Assembly: GCA_964188305.1 (NCBI GenBank)
Contig: OZ076890.1
DNA from: Podarcis bocagei
Taxonomy: Eukaryota
Direction: 5' to 3' (one strand)
DNA length: 64,000 nt
In this document: piece by piece, positions 38,926-51,694 of the stretch
Layout: each line of letters begins with the position of its first letter
Position numbering within the stretch: the stretch's first letter is position 1
Position numbers and translations under genes: made by a program
Notes under the pieces: generated by a model
What the model was told of the DNA's origin: nothing
Database searches by the model: none
Seen by the model: the letters and a program-made list of their open reading frames with translations, nothing else

Positions 38926-41317
38926 TCATTGACCTCAGAAGCAGAAGCTTCCCAGATGTTATTAAACAGACTTAGAAACCAGCCTATGACATTAAGAGAG
39001 TTTCCTACCTAAAATACTGTAAGAAAACAATGCAGGCTTTTCTGCCTTGAGTACTTAAACCCAGTTTAGGACATACTAATGCCCTCAACTAAGCCTTGAG
39101 TGTTTCGTTGGCTCCTCTGTGTGTATGCTTACCCTTCCCACACACCCGTGACCAAGTGGAAAACAGCCAGAGAGTTATCTGACAAGAGTTAGCTGCTCCT
39201 GGAAAGATTCCAATCACTCTCAGCTTAGATGGGCCAAAATAAGGATAGCCACCTTTAAGTGATTTGTAGAGTTAATCAAATAACGTGGGGTGGCTGTAAC
39301 ATGCCAGATGGAAGGTTAGGCACTCCCATAATGCAATACCACTCACATAACCAACGCAGATATGCTCAGCCAGGGCGAAATGCCCCATTAATGCTCAACA
39401 TTACAACCCGAGTAATCTCTGCTCAGAGAATCATCCACACTTGGTGGAAAGCAACGTAAGCTGGAGACCATGTGGCATTAATAAAAAGAGTGGAAAAACC
39501 ACCAGAGCTTCCCAATTTCAGACTCCAGGACTGAAGATGAAGGCAACCCAAGGTTTAATCTGCTGCAATGCAAAAATTACTGCTCCTTTGAGGTAGTCAG
39601 ACATAGCTAGGCCGAGCCTGGTTGGAAGCTGGAGAGCAACATTTTGCATTGTTAATATTGAGAACATGTCAGGAAATGTTGCAGCCATCATGCTTCCTGC
39701 CTGTTACTTCCCTCCACTCACTGCCTTGCCACCTACTTGCTATGTGGAATATTAAAGTCCAGTGGGCAAGTAAGGAGGGAATTGAGGACTCAGCCCAGGG
39801 AAGGGAAGGGAAGGGAACGAGGAGTACACAGTTCCTTAAGGTAAACTTTGGTTTTTCATATTGTAACCTTGGGAGTCCTAAAGCCAAGGTTCCTACAAGA
39901 AATTTGCCTATGCTAGTTTTGTGTTTTCTCTGTTTAAAAGAATGTACGTCTAGATTGAAAAGGAAGCAAATTAGGACTTTCTAGAGCACCGTGCTTTGCG
40001 TCTCCTTATATTTAATTGGGTTTTTTTCCTATTTACATCAGAACAAAAATTGTTCAGTTACTCTCACCAGAAAAGAAGAAATATAATTCAAGGGATTATA
40101 CAAAATCTAGTATTTCCTGGCACACAGTTCTATATGATTTAATTTGATCCAAATAGATTACAAAGGCCTTCAGTTGTCCATAAATACAGGTCATCTATTG
40201 CCCCAAAGTCTTTTGTAGAAATTTTAATTCAAAAAAATTCATAGAATACTTAATTTAAAAAACAACAACAAACCCTGTGGTTTACATAAAATATTCATTT
40301 TAAAGATAGTGATAAAAAACAGGCTTTGAAAGTAGTAAAGATAATAAAATGATCAAAATATAGATCAACAGTTTTTTAAACAAATGTACATAATATCTTG
40401 GTCGGATTGCCTTTATTATTATTTATGTCTGCCAATCCATGCATCTGTTGTAAGTAAACTTTCTTTCAATATTTTATAATCTGGATTGGAGCGGCGTAAA
40501 CAGAATAGATCACGATACTTGCTTAGGCTGACAGTAGGTTAAGTTGAAAAGCAACATACCAGCTGCCTTGCCAGTAGTTTTTTTCAACAAGCAGTCTTTT
40601 AAAAAGCAAAAAGCCAGGGGTGAGGAACCTCTGCCCTTCAAATGATGTTGACTCCAACTCTCATCATGTCCAATAATTGGCTGTGCTTGACTGAGGCTGA
40701 GGGGACCCCCGAGTCCAACACTTTCCTCATCCCTATTTTAAAGTTCATATTGTGCAGTGCTGTACAGGTGAACCCACCTTTCACAGGAAGCATTAAAAGA
40801 AAAAGAGGAAGGTTACTCAGCAATACAGTGCAAACCATTCCAAGCCACCTTCGGTCAGGGCCCCAGTCTTAAATACCTAGCTCTAGCTTGGCTGACACAG
40901 CTATATACGAAAGATCAGCTGCTACAACAGAAATATCACTCTCGAGGTAATGCTTCCTAAAGGGCACAGAAACATTAAGGACTCTTTCAAATAACCCCTA
41001 AGGTGTGCAAGTCCTGGAACTTAGACTGCATTTAGACAACAGTGCAGTTCCCTTTTCTTTCTTTCTTTTGTCCGTGCAAATACATGACACCAAGACACTT
41101 CCAAAGGACAGTTTACTGGGGACTGGGTGCTGTTCTGACATGCAAGTTTTGCAGAGCCAGTTGTATGGTGTCATCCTCATCAAAACACCATCCTATACTG
41201 TTCGCCAATCAAAACCAGATTTAGCATTTCTGTGGGAATTCCAGTAAGCAAAAACACAAACCCTTGTGGAAATGATAAAGTGGGGTTGGGATGTTGTTTT
41301 GAGGAAACATTGCAAAA

Positions 41318-41552
41318 GAAGCCAGCGTGGTGTAGTGGTTAAGAGCGGTAGTCTCATAATCTGGTGAACCAGGTTTGCATCCCCGCCCCTCCACATGCAG
41401 CTGCTGGGTGACCTTTGGCTAGTCACGCTTCTCTGAAGTCTCTCAGCCCCACTCACCTCACAGAGTGTTTGTTGTGGGGGATGAAGGGAAAGGAGAATGT
41501 TAGCCGCTTTGAGACTCCTTCGGGTAGTGATGAAGCGGGATATCAAATCCAA
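41318..41552 (+). mobile_element. Squam3-like tRNA-derived SINE
   Basis: gccagcgtggtgtagtggttaagagc A box; near-identical to the copies at 42308 and 49377. Confidence 0.88.
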
Positions 41553-42113
41553 GACTTGGCAGGCATAAGCAGTTCTGACATCCACAATAAAATGCTATGT
41601 GGAAGCTCCCTTGCAGCATATCCAAAAGCCACATTTTTTCTGTTGCAAAAATCCTAGCAGCCTTTTATTGTAGAATTGTAGAGTTGCAAGGACCTTGTGG
41701 ATCATCTGGTCCGACCCCAGGGGAGACCCCAGGGAGAGGTACATGCCTATAATTTGAGAAATGCCCTTGTGCAAAGCCATGTTTAGAAAAGCAACCACAA
41801 AACCTGGATGGCACCACAGACTGGAAGAGAGAGAGAGACCAAAAAAAACCAAAACCCCTCAACCTAGCACATGTTTTCACAACATGAACCAAGACATAGT
41901 TTTCCAGTGCTGGCATTACCAGCACCATGCTCTAACAACTGAGCTAAGGAAGATGAGTTGTTGTTGAGAATAATAATATTCTCCAAATCATTCAGCCAAT
42001 GATGCTTCCTGCACCTTTGGATCCTATATATAGTTTGTTATCCACAGCCTGAAGGTCTACTTGCTTTCTCCACAAGTTGCACTCCATGATGGGGATGACA
42101 CAAGAACAGGGCC

Positions 42114-42116
<3 letters not shown>

Positions 42117-42150
<34 letters not shown>
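42117..42150. repeat. (GA)n microsatellite
   Basis: Direct reading. Confidence 0.97.
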
Positions 42151-42154
<4 letters not shown>

Positions 42155-42307
42155 CTGCAGAAGTGAGAGAGTACAACAGTAAAATATGAAGGTGAATAAT
42201 GCAAAGTCTGAAGAGAATTTAGTAATTCCCTCTATCCTATTACCTCAGATCATTTGAGCAAACAAAAAAAGTTTCTCTCGGTATTAGAACTCATTTCACC
42301 TTTCACT

Positions 42308-42558
42308 GGAGAGCCAGTGTGGTGTAGTGGTTAAGAGCGGTGGACTCGTAATCTGGTGAACCAGGTTTGCTTCCCCGCTCCGCCACATGCAGCTGCTGGG
42401 TGACCTTGGGCTAGTCACACTTCTCTGAAGTCTCTCAGCCTCACTCACCTCATAGAGTGTTTGTTGTGGGGGGGGAAGGGAAAGGAGAATGTGAGCCGCT
42501 TTGAGACTCCTTAGGGTAGTGATAAAGCAGGATATCAAATCCAAACTCTTCTTCTTCT
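42308..42558 (+). mobile_element. Squam3-like SINE
   Basis: Full length with (ctt)n tail. Confidence 0.9.
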
Positions 42559-43139
42559 GCTTTTGTGTATGAGTCTCAAACCAAAATTTAAAGTGGATTA
42601 TAGTATTGATCAAAAATAAAGAAGTGTTTCCTTGCCTCTGTTTCCTAACTAGATTCTTATAACTGTGCACTGAACTCCACTTATGCCTAAAGCCAGCAGG
42701 GAGCCGTGCTGGTGGAATTCAACTTACAAACAGGTATTTTCTATGCAGGCCCTCATCTTCCATGGGAGGAAAAAAACACTGTATTTCAAAGGGAACTGAA
42801 AAACAGACCCCATTGCCTCCCGATGAAGTAAACAGCACAATTACAAGAACTCTATTTCAAACCAGACAGCAAAAGCAATCACCAAGAACAATAAATGTCA
42901 TGTACCCCAGATGACAGGAAGCAAGCGATGCTGCGAGATCAGTTGTGTCGTTTATAGAGAAGCTTTAAGTTAAGAGCAGTGTGAGAGGTGGTGTGAAGTC
43001 TAAATTTAGCACAGCTGCTAAAGGTTGGTGGAAGTAGCGTTCTCATCCCACATTTGTGTCTCAGTTCAACAGGAAGTCACCATATGGGCATGTCAGAATA
43101 CAAAGCACAAGACTGTGTGGATCACTGCAGGGTTTAGCA

Positions 43140-43262
43140 CAGGCTTCCTCAACCTCGGCCCTCCAGATGTTTTGAGGCTACAATTCCCATCATCCCTGAC
43201 CACTGGGTCCTGCTAGCTAGGGATCATGGGAGTTGTAGGCCAGGCGAGGTTGAAGAAGCCTG
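43140..43262. mobile_element. hAT/Charlie-like MITE
   Basis: CAGGCTTCCTCAACCTCG...GAAGAAGCCTG; TSD gtttagca/gtttagtg. Confidence 0.85.
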
Positions 43263-43403
43263 GTTTAGTGGGTGTTACACCAGTTTCACAGTTGTTAGTT
43301 CAGCTCGTGTGAGTGTCTAGGGCTCTCTGCACAATTAGGAAGCCTGAAAAAGCAGCACGAACAACAATTCAGTGAATACAAGTTGAGTTGCAAACTAGAA
43401 ACA

Positions 43404-43405
<2 letters not shown>

Positions 43406-43449
<44 letters not shown>
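43406..43449. repeat. (TG)n(TA)n compound microsatellite
   Basis: Direct reading; abuts the Penelope-like element. Confidence 0.97.
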
Positions 43450-43450
43450 G

Positions 43451-44153
43451 CTTTCGTAGATTTTCACGGGTACAGGAATGCAGGTTTTGGTGTCTTCGGG
43501 TGTCTTCCCGTGTAAGAGTTGGGGTGTCTAGGCGACGTTTCGACGAGGTCTCACTCGTCATCTTCAGGCTGGTGCTTTCGGCTTCTTGTTACTGGAACAG
43601 AGATAAGCCTCCACAGATAAATTACAGACACCATCCAGTAACCAAACCATAGTGGCACCTCCGGATGCTGCACCCCCCTGCAATCCCTACACAGATCTGG
43701 CTGGCACAGGGCACAAAACCACAGCTCGCCCCTATACACGAAGCCAAGCCAGAGCACAACTAAATGCAGTACAGCCATCTTCTCAGAAAAACTCTTCACA
43801 AGCTCAAGAGGTCAAGACACGAAAGCTTTAGCAACTAATCCACACCTAATGACCCTCCTAAGTGGTACTCAGAATATCACTCAAGAAATCACTCAAGATA
43901 TCCCTCAAGTAATTAATGAACAAAAGAAGAAAAGGCACACTAACCTGGGAACTTCCTCTCTGCCCAGAACGTTGGAGGCTATACACCACACCCCCTCAAC
44001 AGTATTTATAGGAACTCAAACACTGAGATCCTGCTCTGTTCCAGTAACAAGAAGCCGAAAGCACCAGCCTGAAGATGACGAGTGAGACCTCGTCGAAACG
44101 TCGCCTAGACACCCCAACTCTTACACGGGAAGACACCCGAAGACACCAAAACC

Positions 44154-44158
<5 letters not shown>
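43451..44158. mobile_element. Penelope-like retroelement remnant with inverted pseudo-LTRs
   Basis: Perfect 125-bp inverted repeat 43478-43602 / 44034-44158; CTGAAGATG...CGAAACGTC motif; PLE-type 3' end ccgtgaaaatctacgaaag on the minus strand; flanked by microsatellites. Confidence 0.85.
44066..44106 (+). ncRNA. Minimal hammerhead-ribozyme-like motif (inverted copy at ~43530-43570, minus strand)
   Basis: CUGAAGA (44069-75), stem II GACGAG/CUCGUC, GAAA (44095-98), palindromic ACGU helix III, GUC triplet 44100-44102; helix I is short. Confidence 0.6.

Positions 44159-44206
<48 letters not shown>
44157..44206. repeat. (AT)n microsatellite
   Basis: Direct reading. Confidence 0.98.
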
Positions 44207-44208
<2 letters not shown>

Positions 44209-44209
44209 T

Positions 44210-44990
44210 CTATTTTAAAAAATTAAAAGTACATAATTACAAGTGCACGGAGTAAGATAAGACACAAAGAAGAAGAAAGAAATAGTACCCACGTAGAAAA
44301 AAGAAAAAGAAATTGTATACATTACCAAAATAAAAAATGTTATTGTAGTTAGCCAGACCTTAACCTAATACAACATTTATAAAAATGAATTCCAGTGGAA
44401 CCTTGGTTCTAAAACGCCTTGGTACTCGAACATTTCGGCTCCCAAACGCCAAAAAACCGGAAGTAAGTGTTCCGGTTTCCGAACGTTTTTTGGAAGCTGA
44501 ATGTCCGATGCGGTTGTCGGTTTCCGGAAACTGCGCCTTGGTTTTCAAACGTTTCGGAAGATGAACAGATTACATTCGAGAACCAAGGTACCACTGTATT
44601 GTTAAATTTGCCCATGGCAAGTCTACGTTTGTACAGAACTTTTTCATGTATAGTGAGTATGTACATATCTTCTATCCATTCATTGAAGGGAGCCCCATTT
44701 TTATTTTTCCTGTTCGTCGATACCTGTCTTTTTGCCATAGAAAGGGTGCAGAGAGTACATTCATATTGTCCCTTTGTTAGATTCCATCTGTTGGGTATAT
44801 AATTCAAAAGGATATTTTCCTAGGCAAATGTAAGATTGTTCCTTACAGTTGTGTTGATTGTCTCCATTACCTTCTGCCCAAAATTTATCAAAATAGGACA
44901 TTGTACTAGAACTAGAAACATGGTAAGCAAACATGTTGCTTTTTGGGGTTCCTGGTAGTCTCCTATTCACATATCAGCTCCATACAGAAT
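44210..44990 (-). mobile_element. L1/Tx1-clade 3' fragment, interrupted by a MITE
   Basis: AKRQV...APFNEWIEDMYILTIHEKVLYKRRLAMGKF, an ORF2 C-terminal pattern. Confidence 0.7.
44393..44596. mobile_element. Tigger-like MITE family C
   Basis: CAGTGGAACCTTGGTTCT...AGAACCAAGGTACCACTG|TA. Confidence 0.85.
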
Positions 44991-45819
44991 ACACTTCTCT
45001 TCAACAGTCTAATAGTGCCGGGTGCTTTCAGCCTCAGTGGTTCACATGACTGGGCACTGGTTGAGGCACACAGTCTGGCAGAGAGTCCATAATGATCTGG
45101 CGATGGGATACCTGTGGACCCTCAGTACAGTTCCTGTCACCTCTGCCCAGTGACCATGCTTGCTTGGGCTGATGGGAGTTGTAATCTAACAATGGCTGGG
45201 AGGCTACCGATTCCCCCATCCCTGGGCCAGACGGTCTTCCATTTCCAATGGGAGAAGGACCCTGCAGCACAGAATAAAGCAAGGTTCCTTCTGCTGGGCA
45301 CCACTCGCACTGAAAAATGGTCCTGGGGCCATCTCCTATTTCCTGTTGGAAGAATTGCCAGGGTTTGTTACTTTAGGTTAATACTAATGGGAAGAGGAGC
45401 TGTTGAGCCTCAAGTACTAGTGGAATCAATGTAAGAAGTCTCACTCAGTAGGGCCTATGGATGCCCAGGGCCCCCAAAAATCTGGAGATGACTCTGGAGT
45501 GCTCTCCAAGCATTCATTCGCGGGAGCATGACTAGAAGTCTCCAGAAATTTAATTGCCAAGACATTGGTTCTGCATCCTGTATATGATAATGGCTAGTCA
45601 GATGTCCCAGGAATCCCACAAGCATAGGATCAGCATGGACAATCCAAGGGTATCCTACATAAAGAAGCCAGCTGAATCCTGAAGCAGCAGGCCCCAGCTA
45701 CTTTGCCAAAACCCAGGATTGAATAAAGGCCTTTAGAATGTTAGTCTAATAACTCTCCCAGTTGAGCTACCTTTTCAGGGAACCTGGCTGCAATTTGCAA
45801 GAAGCGTGTATGTAGACCT

Positions 45820-45974
45820 ATCAGACTTTTAGAAGACATCTGAAGGCAGTCCTGTTTAGGGATGTTTTTGATGTTTCATCGTGTTTTCGTATTCTGTTGG
45901 GAGCCACCCAGAGTGCCTTGGAAAACCCAGCCAGATGGGCAGTGTATAAATAATAAATTATTAATTATTATTAT

Positions 45975-46007
<33 letters not shown>
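45820..46007 (+). mobile_element. L2-clade 3' tail with (ATT)/(TAC)n
   Basis: gacttttagaagacatctgaaggcag...cccagccagatgggc. Confidence 0.85.
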
Positions 46008-47104
46008 AGCAAACCATTTCTAGATCATCTTAGTTATATCACCCACAGTTTGCAGGTGTTCTGGTCTTAACAGTTAGACCACAGGAAACACTCAAATGCA
46101 GATCACTTACTAAATACATAAAACAAACCTTCAGTCTTGAATTCCCTGGAATATTTCAATTTATCTTGTTAAGCCTGCTCAAAGTAAAAAAAAAAAACAA
46201 AAACTTAACCACACAACCAAAGAGAGCACCAGTTTGATAAATGTATATGTATATAATATGCCAAAGTTTTGGGGGAAAGTCTTAGAAAGCTTTTTGTAAA
46301 ATAAATAAATAAATAAAAAGTGAACGCAGTGACACAGATTTAATTTGAGTGTAAATACAGCACCATTAAAAAATAAAGTACGTTTTATAAAAGCCTGATG
46401 ACTTCGGTTATATCGTCACTTTAACTTTCATGTTCATTTTTCTAGGGAAAATGATTAAATTTTCAGATTGAAATCGCTTTTGCAGCAGCTTTTATGCCTG
46501 CAGCTTTCTGCAATCCACAGTTCCACTTATTGAAGATGGGTGCTCTCTGGAGAACATTTCTTACTCAGTTCCATGCAACACCCACTTGACATTTTATTGA
46601 GGGTGAGGAATAAAGCAAGGGTTGCAATTCAGTTAGAAATCAAGAAGCAATAAGTGCATTTTACTTCTGAAGAAATTCAAGCGCACGTTATATAAAGATG
46701 TGGAAGTAAAAAAAAAAACCTGTTTAGCTCTATTCCTCGTGTTATTTTTGGTTTGAGTTCATCGGTGCATATGTGTGAACAGTGGAAAAAATGCTGAAGC
46801 ATGCACTTTACCACAGGGCATTTTTTGAAGAAACTTCTGAAAATTTTAAGATACTTTCCAGACATGATCCCATTATTTGGATGCCAAGATGTATGAACTT
46901 AACACACCATGCTTAGCTGGGGCTTGAGTACCTGTTTGATATTGGAATGCACCCAGGTCTAAGGGTGCATTGAGATGTGGGGGTATAGCTTTCCTGAATA
47001 TTGCGTTAGCTTTCCTGAATATAATGTTGGTGCTTCTATCCCAGTTACTGACATTCATTCTACACCACCTGACTTGTGGTGTTGTAGAAATGTGGTCTGG
47101 GAAG

Positions 47105-47410
47105 CAGTGGCATATCGTGGGAGGGCAGGGGGGCCATGGCCCTGGGCACAAAATTCTGAGGGGGTGCAACTAGGCATCCCCATGCAGGCGCTGGCTTCTT
47201 TGGGGGTCCCCACCTTGGTGAAGGTGGCAGAGAAGCCCAGGGTGCGGACCGAGGAAGCAGGCAAGGGGCAACCCCAGCATGGCCCAGCACAGCGCTCCCC
47301 TCTGCCAGCCGGGCTCCCCCCTGCACAGATGGACAGATGGCACAGCATGGCCCACTTGGCTGCTTTGGTAGTGTCAGCCCCGGGTGCCAGCAACCCATGC
47401 TACACCACTG
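47105..47410. mobile_element. hAT/Tip100-like GC-rich MITE
   Basis: CAGTGGCATATC...GCTACACCACTG; near-TSD ctgggaag/ctggttag. Confidence 0.7.
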
Positions 47411-48870
47411 CTGGTTAGTATTGCACTCCTACTCTCTGGGGGAAGGATCTTCTGAGGAAGCAGTATGAATCAATCAGATACCCATGGACTAAGGCTATGT
47501 ATTATATATGTAAAGCACCTGAAATGCCCCAGAGAGTACTGGGAGCTGAGGTTTGTTAAGGATGCTACGAGATGCTTTATCCTTTGAATTTATGGTGCCT
47601 ATGCAGTCCTCTTACCGTTTGTTCCCAATTCTATGGTGTCCACTGGGGAACAGGACACTGTTCCAGCCCAACTGGAGTCCAGTTTATAATATTTCTGCAA
47701 TATTATTTCTTTCTGGGTTATGTTCACCCACCAGGATGGTTTCCATCTTACCATGGTCTACTGTGGGCCAACACTGTTATGGTGCATGCTGTCTTGTTCT
47801 CGCTTTACTGTCCCTTTCATGCAAGCAGAAGAAATTCACCAAGAAGGCCTACAGTTAGCGGCTGGCTAGTGACTGGGGCTCATCTGGGAACAGCAAACCA
47901 CAGTGCTTGGGTTTGGAAGTAATAGGAAGCCGGGTTGTGTTGTGGCTTCCTGGTTTCTTTCTCCTGTGCCCGGCAGGGAAGGAGGGAAGCAGGAGAAATC
48001 AGGTTCCATGTACATAGCTTTTTCACAGTAAACTCTCCTTGTGGTGCATTCATCCAGATTTGTTTGTGGGGAAGGTAATATTACATCATAGGCACTGGTT
48101 CTTGGGAGGTGAGGCTCTTTAGACCCCCCCCCCATGGTTGTTGTTTTTTGAGGGCTTGGGGGGCCCCCATTGTTGAGGCCCAACACGGAGCCAGGCACAG
48201 AGTGACATCACACGATGTCAGAATGTCACGCTGGGCCCCCTCAATGTTCTTCAGAAGATGACATCTGTATGACGTCACATCAAGCCATTGTTATCCCACA
48301 CTTTCCAAAGCATTTTCCTGTCACTTTCCTTGCCACAGAAAAGCCCAGATTTTTTTAAAGGCATGTTAGTTGAACAAATCCTCTTTAACTGTGCAACCTG
48401 AATTTGCCAGTATGTGACTGAATCCGCCCCACCCCACCCCACAACGACAGCAACTGTCTAGCAGCCTCCGATAAGCCAGAAACTGTGCCTTGTCTTGCCT
48501 TGTCATAATCTGTGAACATGACCACTGCCCTGGATATATCTGTGAACATATTGTTGAAAGGTTTCAAACCCATCTCATCTGAGTGCGTATGTAGGTACAT
48601 GATCCCCCTACCAAAGCCACCTGACAATTTTAATCCAATTAAGAATTCACAATTCCTGCTTTAGCATTTTCTCTCTTGTTGCTTTAAAGCTACACTTAGC
48701 TTTACCGGGTCAAAGCCAGCCTGAACATGCCCCTGTTATCTTCTATTTGCTATTTTTGCTCAAAAGCTCACTTCCCACAATCTGAATATGGTTGTATCCA
48801 TTTATTTATTTTTTAAGTGCTTCTTTTTCCCTGTAGATCCGACAGCTATTTTTCTGGCAGGAAGGCTTTT

Positions 48871-49352
48871 GAGAACATAAAAAAGAGTCTACAGGATCAG
48901 GCCAGTGGTCCCTCTAGTCCAGCACCCTGTTCCCACAGTGGCCCACTAGATGCCAATGGGAAACCTGCAAGTGCTTCCTCCTTCTCCCATTTCTAGAACT
49001 TGGCAGTCAGGGAACTGCTGTCTCAACCATAAAGGCACAGCACAGCCATAATGATGACTAGCCATTGAGAACCTTGTCCTGCATGAATTTGTCCAATCCT
49101 CTTTTAAAGGTTTCCACATTGATGGCTATCACTACATTCTGTGGCAGCAAATTCCAGCTTAACTGTGTGCCGTGTGAGAAGTACTTTCTTTTCTCTGTCC
49201 CGAATCTTCCAACATTCAGCTTCATTGGACATCCCCAAGTTACAGTGCTAGGATAGAGGAAGGAAAACTCTCTATCCCCTTTCTCTTCACCGTGTATAAT
49301 TTTATACATCTCTGTCATGTTACCACTTACTCACCTTGTCTCCAAACCAAAT
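48871..49352 (-). mobile_element. CR1 LINE 3' fragment
   Basis: ORF 49058-49318 (MYKIIHG...KRKYFS..WNLLP..VV...FKRGLDKFM) is a CR1 ORF2 C-terminus; gagaacataa tail. Confidence 0.88.
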
Positions 49353-49376
49353 ATTTAACAGGGAAAACATCTAGCA

Positions 49377-49626
49377 GGGAGCCAGTGTGGTGTAGTGGTT
49401 AAGAGCAGTGGACTCGTAATCTGGGGAACCGGGTTCACATCTCCGCTCCTCCACACGCAGCTGCTGGGTGACCTTGGGCCAGTCACACTTCTCTGAAGTC
49501 TCTCAGCCTCACTCACCTCACAGAGTGTTTGTGGTGGGGGAGGAAGGGAAAGGAGAATGTTAGCTGCTTTGAGACTCCTTCGGGTAGTGATAAAGTGGGA
49601 TATCAAATCCAAACTCTTCTTCTTCT
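49377..49626 (+). mobile_element. Squam3-like SINE
   Basis: Full length with (ctt)n tail. Confidence 0.9.
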
Positions 49627-51297
49627 ATCAACTCACGTCCATATCAGGAGAAGCTTCATCAGCTAAACATCTGCCTGACAGGTAAATTTTAAGTCTTGGA
49701 GCACTGCCAGAAGAAAAAGGTTGACAATCCTAGTTTTTACTTCATTCTTTATTTTAATTAGTTTTTAATTAAAGATTTTCTTGTGCTACCAAACAGACTA
49801 ATGAGTGGAGAAATGTACAATTGGGGGAAAGAGAGGGGAGGAAGAAATCTAGGGGTGTTCTTTTGCTTTAGTTTGAGGGAGCAACTTCCTAATAAGATCA
49901 ATCTACATAAACATTAGCCAAGCCTATGCAGATGTATTTATAGTAATCACATGTTCTTGCCCTTCTTAACCCTGTCTTCACCTTCCTCCCCTTCTTCTGT
50001 TCTCTCTCCCCCACATTTCAGAATGTAGACAGTCAGCTTCTGTGGGCAGGGTCCTATTCTCTCAGCATCATGTACAGAAATGGTGCCTTCTCCCACATTG
50101 CAAACCACACACAATCATAGTAATGGTACTGAGTAGGACTTTCTCATGAGTAAACATGCATAGGACCTGACAGCTGTTCACAAGCCAAGCTGATGATTTC
50201 CAAATTGCTGTATCATCTAAAACCGGAAGTCATAAATTCTAAAGTTGTCACCTGCTGTACGTTATTTGAAAATGGGGGTGGGGGGAAGCTTTCAAAGCCA
50301 CAGTGAATTTTCCACAACTGTATTATTGGAAAGGAATTCTGGAGTCCGGTTGTCATTCTGTCAATGTGTTAAATAATCATTGTTTCCCTAACGGGCACCA
50401 CAAATATTAATACTGGGAATTGTACAAGAATGGTTCTGCATTATTTCAATCCTCTGCAAAGAAATAAACTCCCGACTCCCAAGTAAAAAGTTTGCAAGTG
50501 AGATAATATTTTCATTGCTGCCTGTACACGGAAACTGTCCCTTTTAGATCCAGCCTTGGACAAACACTTTTGACATCTTATCAGAGCGGAGAGTTTGTTT
50601 TGTTCCAAATCCCAAACCTTATGCAGCTCTATAGATGGAATGGGTGAACGCAGCCAACATTTTGATAACTAATCTTTTGCAATCAGATTTATGACATTTA
50701 TAAAAATGGGTGCAGGGATTAAAATTCCTAGACAATGGCATATTGTTATTGGCTAACACCCTAGGCTACATACCTGGAATGTGGAGCTGCAATCAAGTAT
50801 AGGTTGAGGTTTGATGTATGAAAGCAATGCTTGACTGGATTTTAATCGCTTTGATTGGGGGCAGATATGATGCATAGCTGGACTAAATGCTCACAATTGC
50901 CAGTTTTTCTTGGCATGTGCACGAAGGTGCTTGATGACTGCATACTAAATTGTTCATCTCCCTCCCTTAGCGATGCATATCACAGTTTCACATTAATTCC
51001 AAACAAGCCTTGGGTATCGCCATTGTGGCCTTGACTGACATATTTGCACAGTTTTGGGTGACTTGAAGCAGCTTACAAGCATGAACTACCTATGGATTGT
51101 TGTGATAAGGATGTGGTTGAAAGGAGCAGCAGATCCCAGAAAACCTGGAGACTTTGTCTCTACTACAGCTATGAAATCTCCAGATTGCCTTGGAGGCAAC
51201 ACAGCCTAAATGTACAGGGCTATCTGCAGAGGGGTATATCTAGCCACAAGGGGAAAACATAAGACTTAGAAAGTAAAGCCTATACTCTGTATGTCCT

Positions 51298-51602
51298 GAG
51301 ACCCTCCAAGTGTCCTTATTTTCCAGGGACAGTACCAGATTTACAGAAGTTATTCTGATTTCTGATTTGATCCCACAATATCCCACTTTTCCTTAGGACG
51401 TTTCTAATTTCATTAGAAAAATCTTGGTGGCTATGGAGTTATGCAACTTCTGAACCAAGGAGGTAAGATACAACCTTTAGAAGACATCTGAAGGCAGCCC
51501 TTCAGTATAGGTAAGTTTTTATGTTTAATTTCTTATGTTTTTATATAAGTTGGAAGCCACCCAGAGTGGCTGGGGTAACCCAGTCAGGTGGGCAGGGTAT
51601 AA

Positions 51603-51650
<48 letters not shown>

Positions 51651-51694
51651 GAATAAGATGTCCCTATTTTCATCAGAGAAATGTTGGAGGGTAC
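51298..51694 (-). mobile_element. Composite MITE carrying an L2 3' tail (inverted copy)
   Basis: gaccctccaagtgtcc end, L2 tail with (TTG)n, then ccctattttcatcagagaaatgttggagggta end. Confidence 0.75.

Noticed and set aside
41318-41395. tRNA gene (also 42308, 49377, 59444, 8860-8935)
   Set aside because: The tRNA-like A/B boxes continue into SINE bodies and tails shared among copies, so these are SINE heads
43478-44158. DNA transposon with 125-bp TIRs
   Set aside because: The left arm continues into a PLE-type 3' end and both arms carry the PLE hammerhead motif, so an inverted pseudo-LTR fits better
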